Origin: Podarcis filfolensis
Taxonomy: Eukaryota
Length of the DNA: 64,000 bases
Assembly (NCBI GenBank): GCA_964270895.1
Contig: OZ185435.1
Reading direction: 5' to 3' (one strand)
Below the pieces are notes generated by a model. That model made no database searches. It was not told the DNA's origin and saw only the letters and a list, made by a program, of their open reading frames with translations. Below are positions 28,783 to 40,847 of the stretch, piece after piece (positions within the stretch are counted from its first letter, which is position 1; the number at the start of each line of letters is the position of its first letter). A program made the translations under genes and the position numbers.

Positions 28783-28895
28783 ATTTTGAAAGCCTCACAC
28801 CATCCCCTTGTGAGGTAGGGAAGCATTATTATCACCATTGTACAGTAGGTGGGCAAACTGAGGCCGTGAGAAGTTTGCGTACTAACCCAGAAAGT
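28783..28895 (-). mobile_element. MIR/CORE-SINE fragment
   Basis: cctcacaccatccccttgtgaggtagg...attattatcaccattgtacag...aaactgaggc resembles the MIR core. Confidence 0.7.
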
Positions 28896-31396
28896 TGCTC
28901 CATGACAGAGATAGAAAGAGAATCCAACCATCCCGGTGCTTTGTGTATTTATCTGTATCTCTACACACAAACACACATTGCTTCCCGTCAATTTGTATGG
29001 TTCCAGTTCTCTACCAAGCCACTCACCAAGCCACCCCGGTTGTCAGCCAATCAGTGCCACCATTGCTGTCGGCCAGCAATGTGAAACGAGGTTACTTCTG
29101 TTTCCTGTCGTGTGCTACCAGGTTTATCAATCTTGAACTTGTCTGTTTTTTAAAAAAGTGAAGCTAAGAATGTTTTATGGTGATTAATTGGATTTGACAA
29201 GATTGTCCGGCACTTGAGATGACTTCCTTCACTGGCGAGCTCTTTTGCATAAAACGTGCACCTATCATCAGCCTGAAGTCTCATCGGCTATCTACTGAGG
29301 GCAGAATTGAAGAGCAAGAAGTAACTCTGATGCCATTGCAGCCATTCATTCCCGCCAGATCCACATGAACCTTGAAAGTGAAACTGCACAATTCATGGAA
29401 TGCAGGTATGTTGACAAAAAAAGGACCCTCTCCATTTGCTGATGAGATGCCACAATGTTCCTGGTTTTTCTCTGCTTTCCACCCACCAATGATGTGAAGG
29501 CTTAGTGAAATGCACACAATGACATCCTAACACAGAGTAAGTACATGATACTGAATGCTACTGGAGAGAGGAGAATGGTGCATGTAGGTTTTTGTTCTAC
29601 TTTGAGGCTGATGTGGTAGAAATGAACAGGTGCCAGACTTCAAAGGTCACTCTTGCTCTTTAATCCAAGAAGCTCACCTCACCTCATGATCATTAACAAA
29701 CAAAACAAGAACAATAGTAAGAAAGGACCCTGTGATGCCAACTTTATTGTCTCTTGTTTTGGATATGAAAGTTAATAAGCTTGTGGAGTTCTGGTAAATT
29801 CCTGGTGTTTACCTTGCAAGCATGAGGTAAAACTAGAAAGGTATCTGGTGGCTCCGCGGCTTTCCCATTCTGGCTTGTGTTTGGCTAGGAGGGAATATAA
29901 TTTCACTGTAAACTTCAATGTTAGGCTGGGGGCAGAGGCGAAAACAGGATATTGGCACAGGTGCTCAGTACAAGGCTAAAATCTCTTTTCAAAATAATTC
30001 TAGTCTGCTAATCATAAAAAGCATCATAGGAGTTTATGGAAGTAAAAGCATCAGTCAGCGCCACCAAAGTAGTACAATCAAAGCCAATATAAAATCTGGC
30101 TTGTAGAGTAGGTGGGTGGGAAGCTTCTCCCAGTATAAAATTATCTGGTTTCTGTGTGATAGGCATAATGACAATTTGGGAGAAGCCAGTGTTACTAGAA
30201 AACTGGACTCTTGCATCAAAATGGGGAACTATTATATATGTCCTTTCAGATCCGTCACTGCTTATATCAGCCCTGCGCTGCCTGAGATCCAGCAGGCCAA
30301 ATACCAGCAATGGATGCCACACCAGATGCACCATACATCTCCTGGCTGCTTGGGACTGTAAAAGCAAAGTCAAGAGTTGGTCAGTGAGTTATCTGACACG
30401 TCACCTTCAAGGCTACTAAGCTGTGTTCTGCTTGGCAAGTTAAAAGTTGTGCACATCTAATATAGAATTTCTTTCAACCCGTTTTTCAAGAACGAGGAGT
30501 GAATTTCTCAGGATTACTCAGCTGCCTAAAATGCCAAGTAAGCTTTTGCTGATATGGAAAGCCAGTCATCCATCCATCTTATCTGCTATTATGGTCATTG
30601 TGTGACTCTCTCCCCCATTAATAAAACACTTGCCACCCATAATTGTCAGTGTCCTGTTTCCACTGCTGCTTATACTTTCCAGTGATAATCACAGTGCAGA
30701 ATCTGTAGTGTCACCAAGGATCTGTAATGTCATGACGAACTAGATAATGACGCTTGTGAGCTTCTCGTGCTGTGGAAGATCCAAATTCAGTTTGTTGTGA
30801 TTTATACAGCCCTGCAATTTGTGACTATTTGGGGCAAGCCAAGTGTACATGAAAACACCAGCAACTCCCAACTGCTTTGTGAATTTTAGGCTGGGACAGA
30901 GGAGGGTTTTGTTCCCGATAAAAGCACTTTAGCGCTTCAATCCAAGAAAGCGAATAATGGTTTGTGATTTTGATGGCCTTTTTCTCACACTTAATAACAA
31001 AACACAAAAACTAATGCCCTTTTGTGGATCACCTGTTAAAACCTTTACAAAAGATGGCATCAAAATTAAATTGGGCACAATTCACTAACAGAAGAAGTCA
31101 TTAATAAATAATAAACATTATTATTAATAAATAGCTTGATGGACTTAACGATTATTTTACTGAAGACTTATTAGGAAGCAGCTGAGAAAAAGGTTCTCAC
31201 ATTGTCTTGGAACAGAGAGCTGATAAAATACTGAAATAGGATGTCATGTATTTCCCAGTTTGCTTTGGCATTAAAAACCCCATTGTTTCTGATATCCCAC
31301 TATTATTATTATTTTTGCATCTGATTGGCTGACAGCTGTACAAGAGGGGGCACAAAAATAAAAAAGCAGGCCCCTCTCATTTCAATACAATTTGGT

Positions 31397-31700
31397 TTTA
31401 TTTCTCCATTAAGACATTACCTATTAAACAAACGTCAATTGCTAAATCATGTCTCACTCTCTCTCCTTCTGCCCTCTTCCTCAACAATGGGATAATAAAG
31501 AAACATATAAAAACCTCCTTGGGGCTCTCTGATTTTTAAAAAGCCTGCCCAGCTGATTGGATGCCAAGAAACGCCATGAGGGGAAAAGAAGAAGAAAGAA
31601 AGCCAAACCCCAACTCATTTTCTATAAGAGCCCTGATTTTTCCCAAACTTTCCCCCAACTAACTGGGGTTTTTCTCCTATTCCTGCAAGCCTCCTTTATT
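31397..31700 (-). terminator. Candidate distal SYT7 polyadenylation signals
   Basis: AATAAA on - strand at 31695-31700 and 31397-31402, downstream of a U-rich, UGUA-containing UTR-like tract (about 31700-31860). Confidence 0.4.
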
Positions 31701-32434
31701 TTCAGCAGTGTATTGTTACATATATAAAAATGTGCCTACCAGAAATATCATTTAGGCATCTGTACATCATATAGAAAAAAAATACTGTAACACACTGACT
31801 AACTCAACAAAATAAAACACCCTTAAATTCCACCCCCCCCCCACTATTATACATATTATGACAGTCAACCTGCTCAAGGATAGCCTGAGAGAACAGACCC
31901 ACTGGTTAACTGCTTGGAGGAAGAAGCTGAATGCCCTATTTTATTTGATTTTAAGTGCTGGAAGTTTGGCTCACACTCCACAGGATTAATGACCCAGGAC
32001 AGAAGGAAGGTATTGAATGCCCTATTTGAGTTTTCCTCTGTACAATGGCCTGGCTGGGCGAGTACAAAGCTCTGGAGGAGAAAGGAGCTTTCACAATCTA
32101 TCCACTGGTGGACAGATCCCTCCTATTCGACTCAAGTAGTATTCAGTGGCAATGTGCTGTTGAAAAAGATGGCTGCATAAAAGGAAAGAGCTTCAACCAA
32201 GCAGGGTTGTGAAGTTCATTATCTGGAGGGCTCATGGCAAGGGAAGAGCTCGTGAAGACTTTTCAGTAGGACTGTGAAGAAGGTCAGAAGAGGAGGGGAA
32301 ATTGGTAAGTCAGTCTGTAGCATAACAGGTGAGGATCTGAGCAATTGGAGGAGATTGAAAGAAGGTGGGCAGAGTGTGTGGGTTGGATTCAAGCCCCTAC
32401 TCAAAGTAGACCCATTGAACTCAATAAGCCCATG

Positions 32435-32592
32435 CAGTGGCGTAGCGTGGGGGGTGCAGGGGGGGCCGGCCGCACCGGGCGCAACATCTGGGGTTAGGGC
32501 AAATCCATGGGTTAGGGGGCGCAAATCCACGGGTTAGGGGGCGCAAATTACTTGCCTTGCCCCGGGTGCTGACAACCCACGTTACGCCACTG
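32435..32592. mobile_element. 158-bp hAT MITE carrying three GGGTTAGGG-containing internal repeats
   Basis: TIRs CAGTGGCGTAGCGTGGG / CCCACGTTACGCCACTG; perfect TSD agcccatg. Confidence 0.92.
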
Positions 32593-33238
32593 AGCCCATG
32601 TTATCCTTGTCTCTTAACATCAGTAGGCCTATTCTGCACAGGACCAGCATTGAATACCATGCCAGGCGCATACAGGGGAATAGTGGGAAGCTGGGGTGTG
32701 TGAGAATTGATGTGAAGGGGCAGCAGAGCATGATAGGTTTTAGGAGGAGCAGATAAGTAGGACTGCTCAGGTGGATTTGCCTGGAAAGAGGTTGGAGGCG
32801 TGGACAGCTCCTCATCCCAGTTTTCCAACCAAATATTAGTATGGAAGTGCTACTCATGTCACTGCAATTTTGCATAAAATCCACATTTGGGGGCCTGGCT
32901 TATGCCACAGCTGCTATTCCATAGCTTGGGAACCCCAAGAATCCTGCTATCCATTTGCCCACCTTTGTCAGCATTTTCTAGGGGTCCTGCCAATCTAAAT
33001 GGCCTCTATCCACTCCACTGTCTTTCTACTACCATCCAGTAATCAAGTGGAAAATGCACAATTTAGTTTTGGTGGCAAAATAGTCCAGAGCTCCTGACAG
33101 TATCAGTCATCCTGAAACATTCCTGTCACTTTGCATATAAGAGTGTTGCGCTGGCTGTTAAACGAGCAGTCAATTGGGTCTTTCATGACTCAAGTTGAGC
33201 CAGTGATAGCCCAGTGATGCAGTGTTAATAGAACATGA

Positions 33239-33252
33239 GTGCCACCTAGTGG
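33239..33252 (-). promoter_or_regulatory. CTCF core motif
   Basis: - strand reads CCACTAGGTGGCAC, matching CCACYAGRKGGCRC. Confidence 0.4.
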
Positions 33253-33875
33253 GTACTTTTAAGCATGCTTGCATCTTCCTGGCTTTTATTTCTCATCTGC
33301 CATGGTACTTGGAGCAGAAGGCTTTACATTATGATTGCTGTCGGTAACAGTCAGCCTCATATATATCATTTCAAGGCTTAGGAGTTCATATCAGATGGGC
33401 AATTTTGTAGACTGGGAAACTGCAGCCACCCAACAATCTCTCATTGGATGGAATGATAGCTACCTTTGTGCTAAGCAAGGGGTAAGTGAAAGGCCTGTGA
33501 CCTGGACAGCCACAGCAAAAAACGAAATAATGCTTGGCTGGTAAAGAGCCCACTTGGCCCTCACATTAGAAGCAAATAGGGTTGTATCCAGTGCTCATTC
33601 TATGCAGAGTAGCCCCACTGAAGTTAACTAGGCTTAAGTTAGCCATGGCCATTAATTTCAATTGGTCTATTCTGAGTAGAAATAACACTGGAAACAAGTC
33701 AAAATCCTCTGGAAGCAGCTGACAAAAATGACAAGGCCAGGGAAAGAAAAATATCATTAGGACTCTATCCCAGCAGCATTGACAGAACCTCTTGCATGCA
33801 GAGATGGCTTAAGAAATGTTGGCGCTAGGGGCAGAGAATCTAAATGTTACCACCCCTCGTAGTAAAAATACAGTA

Positions 33876-34093
33876 CAGTGGTACCTCGGGTTACAAACCC
33901 TTCGGGTTACAAACTCTGCTAACCCGGAAGTAGTTGCTCCAGGTTGTGAACTTTGCCCCAGGATGAGAATGAAAATCGTGCGGTGGCGGCAGCAGGAGGC
34001 CCCATTAGCGAAAGCACGCCTCAGGTTAAGAACGGTTTCGGGTTAAGAACGGACCTCCATAATGAATTAAGTTCATAACCCGAGGTACCACTG
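33876..34093. mobile_element. Tc1/mariner (Tigger/pogo-like) MITE
   Basis: TA-CAGTGGTACCTCGGGTTA...TAACCCGAGGTACCACTG-TA. Confidence 0.92.
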
Positions 34094-34734
34094 TATTATA
34101 TTATATAGCACTTCATATAATAATAGAATAGAATTATTTTAAACAACAGTTTCTCCCTGCCTTTAAGGACTGTGTCTTTCAAATAAGTTAATAGAAGTAA
34201 TTTTGAGTCTAGCTGAACAGGATGTTTCAACATGCTTCTTATATTAGATATCATTTCCTGCTGGTATTGTTTTTGCTTCAGGGCAGTTCCACAAATAGTG
34301 AATTAAATATGCTGTAACTGAGCTGCATTTCCAACAGTCATCATTACTGGTATCATAAATTCTAGCTATTCTAAGTGGGGTTAAATGCCACATTGACCGT
34401 AATTCCTCTGAATTGCCTATATATTTCTAGGTGTCTCTTGAGATAGTTACCCCAATCACTGCTTCCCATAACACAATCTATCTTGTCCCATATGAGTAAT
34501 CATTCGATATATATGAGGTCTTTTCATTTCCATATTCATTTTTCAAAGTTATCTGCCTAAATCTATAAATTCTCAGCTGACTGTTTAAGAAGAATGTGAA
34601 AATATCTATATCCACATGAATCCTGTTTTCCTTAAGCTGTCCCTCATTTCAGCAATGGGCTTTCACTTGATTGTAAGAGGTCAGAAAATGTCTCCGTTCC
34701 AGCTTTCTGTCAATTAGAGAACAGGCTCGTAATG

Positions 34735-35840
34735 CTATTTTTGTTAAAACTGTGGATGAAATAAAGTGGAAGCAGCTGGGGAGATTGATGGGCAAAGCAG
34801 TAGAGATAAAGGAACTCAGAAATGTTTCTTACTACTTTGATGTTCAAATTGAGAGAGAAGAAGATGGTTCTCCAGAACAGTCTGCCAACCAAGGGAGCTG
34901 AACGCACACCTTTTGAGCATTGGCATGGAAGTGTACCAAACATCTCACACAAACCTGTGTTTGGCAGTATTGCCTATGCCTATGTACCCATGGAGAACAG
35001 GGACAAGTTAAGACTCCAGAGAGGAACAGGCAATTATGTTTGGATATGGTATTGGAGGCAGATATTACAAAGTGATGAACTTGAAATACTGGAAAGGTCA
35101 GCACAAGACATGCGGTTCATTTTGATGAGCACAGGAAAGCTGACAAGAGATAGATTTTTCTGAGGAGTCAGAGGAAGAAACACAAGCCCACAAGTACTTT
35201 CCTGAATTGATGTCCAGATCTGTTTTCTACTGTCACACCACTTAGCACAAATGATGAGCAGCAAGGAGAAGCAGAGGAGTAGAGTCCAAGCAGCAGCACT
35301 CCCACAGGGGAGGAGACTGATGATGAGATGCCTGCACTTGGTGATGAGGAAGATGATGTGACTCCAGAGACAGAGGTCAGGTGCTCATTGAGACCCAAGA
35401 AAGCTATTCCAACTCCACAACTGCCCTCCTTCACAAGTCGGCACCACCCCATGAAACCTTCCACCTGGGAAGAGATGGAGCAGGTGGCAGCCGCTGAAGC
35501 CCGTCTATGGAAGCAAGGTGCATGGAAATGGATGCCCTGCACCAGAACCAAACCTGGACTTTAATCAAGATTTCTCCCAGGAAGAAGACAATTGGAAGCA
35601 AGTGGGTATGCAAGGTAAAGCAGGATACAGAATGGGAAGTTGAATGCTACAAAGCAAGACTTGTACCAAAGGTTACTCGCAAAAGTATGCAGAGGACTAC
35701 AATGAGGTTTTTGCATCTGTAGTGAGATGCACCATTAGACTGCTTTTGAATGTAGCAGCTTCTAAACAAATGGAGGTGAAACATATTCAAACTGTCCATT
35801 TTCCTACGTTGGAAGACAGAGCTGTTTATGTTACATGACA
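34735..35840 (+). mobile_element. Decayed Ty1/Copia pol fragment (integrase C-terminus and RT), internally rearranged
   Basis: Frameshifted peptides LQNSLPT..RTPFEHWHG.VP..SH..VFGS.AYAYVP.E.RDKL (IN); WTL..I...KK.IGSKWV.KVK......YKARLV.KGYSQKY.EDY.EVFA.VVR.TIRLLL.VAA (RT N-part); VEIKEL.NVSYYF.VQIEREEDGS (RT C-part). Confidence 0.9.
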
Positions 35841-35862
35841 TGTCCTACCCCCTTCGCAAGTA

Positions 35863-36111
35863 CTGTATTTTTTGCTCTGTAAGACTCACTTTTTCCCTCC
35901 CAAAAAGTAAGGGGAAATTTGTGTGTGTCTTATGGAGCGAATACAGGCTGCGCAGCTATCCCAGAAGCCAGAACAGCAAGAGGGATCGCTGCGCAGCGAT
36001 CCCTCTTGCTGTTCTGGCTTCTGGGTTTCAGAATATTTTTTTCTTGTTTTCCTCCTCCAAAAACTAGGTGCGTCTTATGGTCTGGTGCGCCTTATAGAGC
36101 GAAAAATACAG
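35863..36111. mobile_element. Tc1/mariner MITE
   Basis: TA-CTGTATTTTTTGCTCT...AGAGCGAAAAATACAG-TA. Confidence 0.88.
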
Positions 36112-36137
36112 TAGCTTGCTGCCTCTGGTATGGTGAA

Positions 36138-36164
36138 GGACACTGTCCAATCCCTGGTGCTGAA
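36138..36164 (-). promoter_or_regulatory. Non-canonical RE1/NRSE (REST) site with 7-bp spacer
   Basis: - strand reads TTCAGCACC-AGGGATT-GGACAGTGTCC, versus consensus TTCAGCACC-nn-GGACAGCGCC. Confidence 0.5.
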
Positions 36165-36327
36165 TTAAGACTCAGCCGCGGCTAGAGGAAAGTCGAGGGA
36201 TCTGAGTAACCCCAAAATGTGGATTTAATATTGTGTGGAAATGTTTTATTTTCTATTTTCTATTTTTTGTGTGGTTTATTCTTTTATACTTATGTGATGA
36301 TAATGTTTAATTGTGAATATATATATG

Positions 36328-36333
<6 letters not shown>

Positions 36334-36364
<31 letters not shown>
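36334..36364. repeat. (TG)n microsatellite
   Basis: Direct observation. Confidence 0.95.
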
Positions 36365-36368
<4 letters not shown>

Positions 36369-38207
36369 TGAATGCAGGGAGCTGCCATCTTGTCCTATGC
36401 CTCAGGCAACAAACTGTCCTGCGCCAGCCCTGCACACAATCACCTAGGACACCTCGAAGCCAAAATGAATTGTCTTACAAGTGGTTTTTGCTCTGTCAAA
36501 TAGCTGCTGCAAATATTTCAATATGTGTTCAGACTGAGGCTCCCTCTCCACAAAACCAACCTGCCTTATCTACCCCAGCATAATTTTCCCCTTGCAGCTT
36601 GAGCCTTGGAAATGGCACATGGATTATATGAATGGTTTGTCACATTCACATCACTGCTCACCTCCTACGCACGGAAGGTCTGCAGCGTAGTGCAAGACTG
36701 ACCTGCACGCTCATACTGAATCATGCAGATGACCCTCTTCGATGGCACATTCTAGCCTTTGGGGTGGGGAGAAGAAAAGCTGTGCAGAGTGCTTGTGAGA
36801 AGTGGCCTGGAGAACTGGCTTGACTTGCTTTTGGATTATTGCTTCTCCACAGGATGCAATGGGTTAGGACACCTGTCAATATAGTCAAAAGATTAGCCCA
36901 AATGTGTTTCCCAAGTAACTGAAATAAAACATGTTGCCTTTAACACATTCAAAAATGGTTGTGCAGATTAATCCTTGTTCTCTGCTTGCAGGAAAAATGT
37001 GGGGAGACTGAGATAAAGATCTAGAGAAGCACTGGAATCAGACACAAATCTTTCTTGTCAGTGCCCCTTAGTCCCTGCTCTCACCTATGAAGCCTTGAGA
37101 TGGTCTCTTTGCCATTTTGACCGAATGTCTAGGAGAGCTGACTTTTCCCTGGTACCCTATCAGGCAATGAAAAATAAAAAGCAGAGAAGAGATGAAACAT
37201 TTCATCAAAGACAAATAGAAACCTAAGATTTAAGTTGGAGTTACTGCGTGGACAACCCAAGACTTTTAACTAGAGAGCTGGGTTGTTTTGCTATCATAAA
37301 GTCAATTCTTCAACGCCACTTCCGGGAAGTACTGATTTCGCTGAAAAATCACATCCTTCAACATCATGGTCACTAATCTTCTTGATGCAACCTATATTTG
37401 GGGTGAGTGAATTCAAATGAGAGAAGTCAGTTTCTACGCAAACTCTTTTAACATAGCTCCAGAAGGGTACAGAAAGTGGGTGGCTAATTAACTAGAAATT
37501 GCACAGGTGTGTGTTTGCTGGTTTCCAAGGGAAGGGCTGCAGACTGAGTGAAAACAAGCTTCGGAATCCAAGAGAAACTGTGGTGGGTTAGGGTGCATGT
37601 GGCTGGCTGAGGGGAGGAAAGAAAATGGGGAGGCATCATTAAAGTAGGATGGTTGCTTGGGGCCATGTGTGACAAGCACACTGGGATGTTGAGAGGGGTC
37701 AGTTTGAATGGCTCCTGCCCTGCCCCCCCAAAAAAAATTCAGGACTGCTCAGCATGTCTCCTTTGCCTCTGCCAAACAAAAAGGGCAATTAAAAGTTAGG
37801 CTCTCCCTAATGTTACAACCACACACACTCTAGCTTGTGGTATGTGTTTCATGGCTTCCAGCATGGTTAAGAAAATGGCCTCCTTGCCTCTCTTTCCTCT
37901 CTCCTCTCAATCAAAAGCTCCAAAATCTGTTGCTCCCCTCCTTTTCCACATGGCATAAGCTTCCCCTCAATTCCTGCTGGGCAGTGAATCAAGCCCCTCA
38001 GAGAAACAAATTGTCTAGGGCTGAGCGAGAGAAAGAGAACACAAGTGACACACGAATGCCCTGCACGCATAGTTACAACACACAACACACACACACACAG
38101 GGGGGCTAGGGGAGCTTCGTGGCTCCTCTCCCCTTTGCAGAGAGGCCTGGCTAGGAAAAGGTCTAGCCAGCATTATTATTTATATTATTCTTATTACTCT
38201 TACAAGT

Positions 38208-38213
38208 TTTATT
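38208..38213 (-). terminator. Candidate proximal SYT7 polyadenylation signal
   Basis: AATAAA on - strand about 610 nt after the stop codon. Confidence 0.3.
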
Positions 38214-38481
38214 GAATGATAACGAAACCACCTCATGGAAACAGAGCAAGTGATCTCCTTGCAGTGCCCCCTCTCAGGCCAGTGCAGCCGCTGGATGGGG
38301 TTAGCTTTCTTATGGCGGAGTAGGGTGCCATCCCAATGGGCTTTTGGCTGGAAGAACTCATAGGAAGTCTTGTATGGCAGTAGCGGACCCCTCTCCTCCC
38401 ATTGTGCCATTGCTACACTGTGAATCCAAACAAATCAGTGCTGATGCCACCTTCAGCTGGAGGGCTGCTCTGCTCTGCTCT

Positions 38482-38483
<2 letters not shown>

Positions 38484-38531
<48 letters not shown>
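38484..38531. repeat. (CT)n microsatellite; (AG)n in the SYT7 3' UTR
   Basis: Direct observation, about 24 units. Confidence 0.95.
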
Positions 38532-38534
<3 letters not shown>

Positions 38535-38823
38535 CTTTCTACATAAGGAGTCTGATGGAAAGGCTAAAGCAAGAGGTTGGGTATTAATGGTGCTCCTTGT
38601 GATGCTCTGCGCTGCTGAGCCAGCACATTGGGCACCGATACCACTTTCCCAGAGTTTAGTACATGTTTCAGGTTCGCTCCCTTAGCCTGTGGTCATTCCC
38701 AAGCTTTTCCCCCCTGGGGGAGACCAGGGTGCAGCCGTTGTGCATAAAGTAGTAGTGAGAGTGTGGCCAGTAAATGTTGACTTGGTGCACTGAAACCCAG
38801 AGCGAGTCCTCGGCTCCTGCCTC

Positions 38824-38928
38824 TCAGGCCTTCAGCTGGTGCCACTGTGCCACAGCCTGCCGGGGGTGTGAAATCATATCCTTCCAGTGCTTCACTTCGC
38901 CTGGGCCACTCTTCCATGACAGGTAGAT
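38824..38928 (-). CDS. SYT7: SYT7 last coding exon ([34 protein letters not shown])
   Basis: catcccccctag| acceptor; nearly identical to the human SYT7 C-terminus; TGA at 38826-38824; not in the ORF track. Confidence 0.97.
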   Translation of the reverse strand: MYLSWKSGPGEVKHWKDMISHPRQAVAQWHQLKA

Positions 38929-40847
38929 CTAGGGGGGATGAGGAAACAAATCACACAGGTCAGAAAGCAGGAGGAGTGACCTTCGTTCAAGACTTGGCTC
39001 CAATGAATGGAAACCTCCTGGCTGCAACTCCTCCCTCAAATGCTGGTTCCTCTTGACCCTCTGGTCCTTTATTCCCCCCCCCCCCTGTTTTTTGGTTTCC
39101 CCTCTGCCCTTTTAAAGCTTAACCAGTCACAACTTCCCCTACCTTCACTTCAACCCTCATTCTTCCCACACCCTCCACATTCCTCCCATGTCTGTCTTCC
39201 ACATTTATCTTTGTTCAGCCTGCTCATTTACATCACATCCGATCCCTCCAACCTTAAGGGTTAAACTTGAGCAATCTTTTTTTTTTTAATGTGTCTGTGG
39301 TCCATTCATATATAAATTGGGCATGTATGTCCATTTTTTTTACATCATCAAGGATGTATAGGTAAGGAGACCTGAACCCAGCAAGCACCTAACCATCTCA
39401 AGATCTGTCACTGGAGCTCCTAGCCCAGCTCCAGTGTTGGAAGTAAGCCAGGTGGAGGGGAATGCGTCTGGGGTGATGAACTGTGGGGAGGTAAGACTGG
39501 GAAGGTTTCAGCTGACATTAACATTAGACCCTCACACATTGCTTTCTACATGAACATACAGGGCTGCTCTTCCCACATTTTGCTTGGCCCTGTGTCCGAC
39601 CTGGAGCTGTATATATTGGCATACAGGGATTCCTAATGTAAAGGGGCACAATGCATGAAGAATGGAGGAGAGACAATGAAGAGTGCAGAAGTCACCCAGA
39701 CCACATGGGCTGCGTGGAGGTTTACATTTATAGCTACCCAGCAAGGGCCAATTCACTCAGGCATTTCCCTAGATGTTTTTCTTTGTGTAATTGCTCTCAA
39801 GAGCCCCGTGATCATACTGAGCAGCAATTTCTATAATCACAGCTGCAGATTTTTGGACCATCCATGATCATAGAAATTGCTTGCTTGTGTGCATTGGTGC
39901 CATTTCACGCATTTCCTTTCTTTGGCATGTTTGCATGAAGGAAAGTGGGGGTGGGGTGGGGGTGGGATGCCTGTATAAACGGCCTCTGTGATTCTTTGAT
40001 ATGCAATATTTCAACCGGAGACTACATGCTCTATCACAGTATTGGTGGCTTGCCATGTATTTTGTGCTGGTGATAGTTGAGAAGGGTACACATCATCAGG
40101 GTGTTGCTGATGTACTTAAGGAACCTGGGGCACACACCCATGAAGCAAACACGTGCATTCTGATGTAATTGTCTAGATATCTCTGGGCAAAGTAAGGTGG
40201 TGGATAGCTAGGGATTCACCAACACTGTGCGCCCAGCAGCCCTATAAGCAAAGTTTAAAAGGAAAAATTCAATTTCAACAATGGGAGGGAAAGGGATAGA
40301 AGAGCAGAGGCTCATTGTGAAAGATACAGGCTGAGTGAGGCAGTTGCCTCAGGCAGCAGATATTGAGGGGCAGGGAGTGTGCCACATATCCTGCCCTGCT
40401 GTAGTCTATTGCGTTCAGGGGCAGCGGAAGGTGCTGTCCTTTAACCAGAGTCTCCCGGTCTGGTTGGCTTTTGAACATCAAATGGGGAGAGGGGCCATCT
40501 TGTATTTTGCCTTAGGCAGCAAAATGTCTTGGGCTGGCTCTGAAGCCAGTGCTCCAGCCCCTACACATTACTCCCTTAGCACTGCTCTCTTTTCTCCACA
40601 GCTGAGACTATTGCTAGGGACAGGAGCTGCCTCATACTAAACAACCGGACGATCCCTCTAGACCTGGATTGCCACTGATCGCTGCCGATGGTTCTCAGGC
40701 CTGCTACTTGGTAACCTTTCCATTACTGGTGCTACTAGAGACTGAATCCAAGGCCTTTGAAGTGCCTGAGAATGAAGGCTGAGAGAATGAAGGCATGCAA
40801 GATACAAGGAACTGGGTGCTCAGAGGGCTGTAAAAGAAGACCTAACA

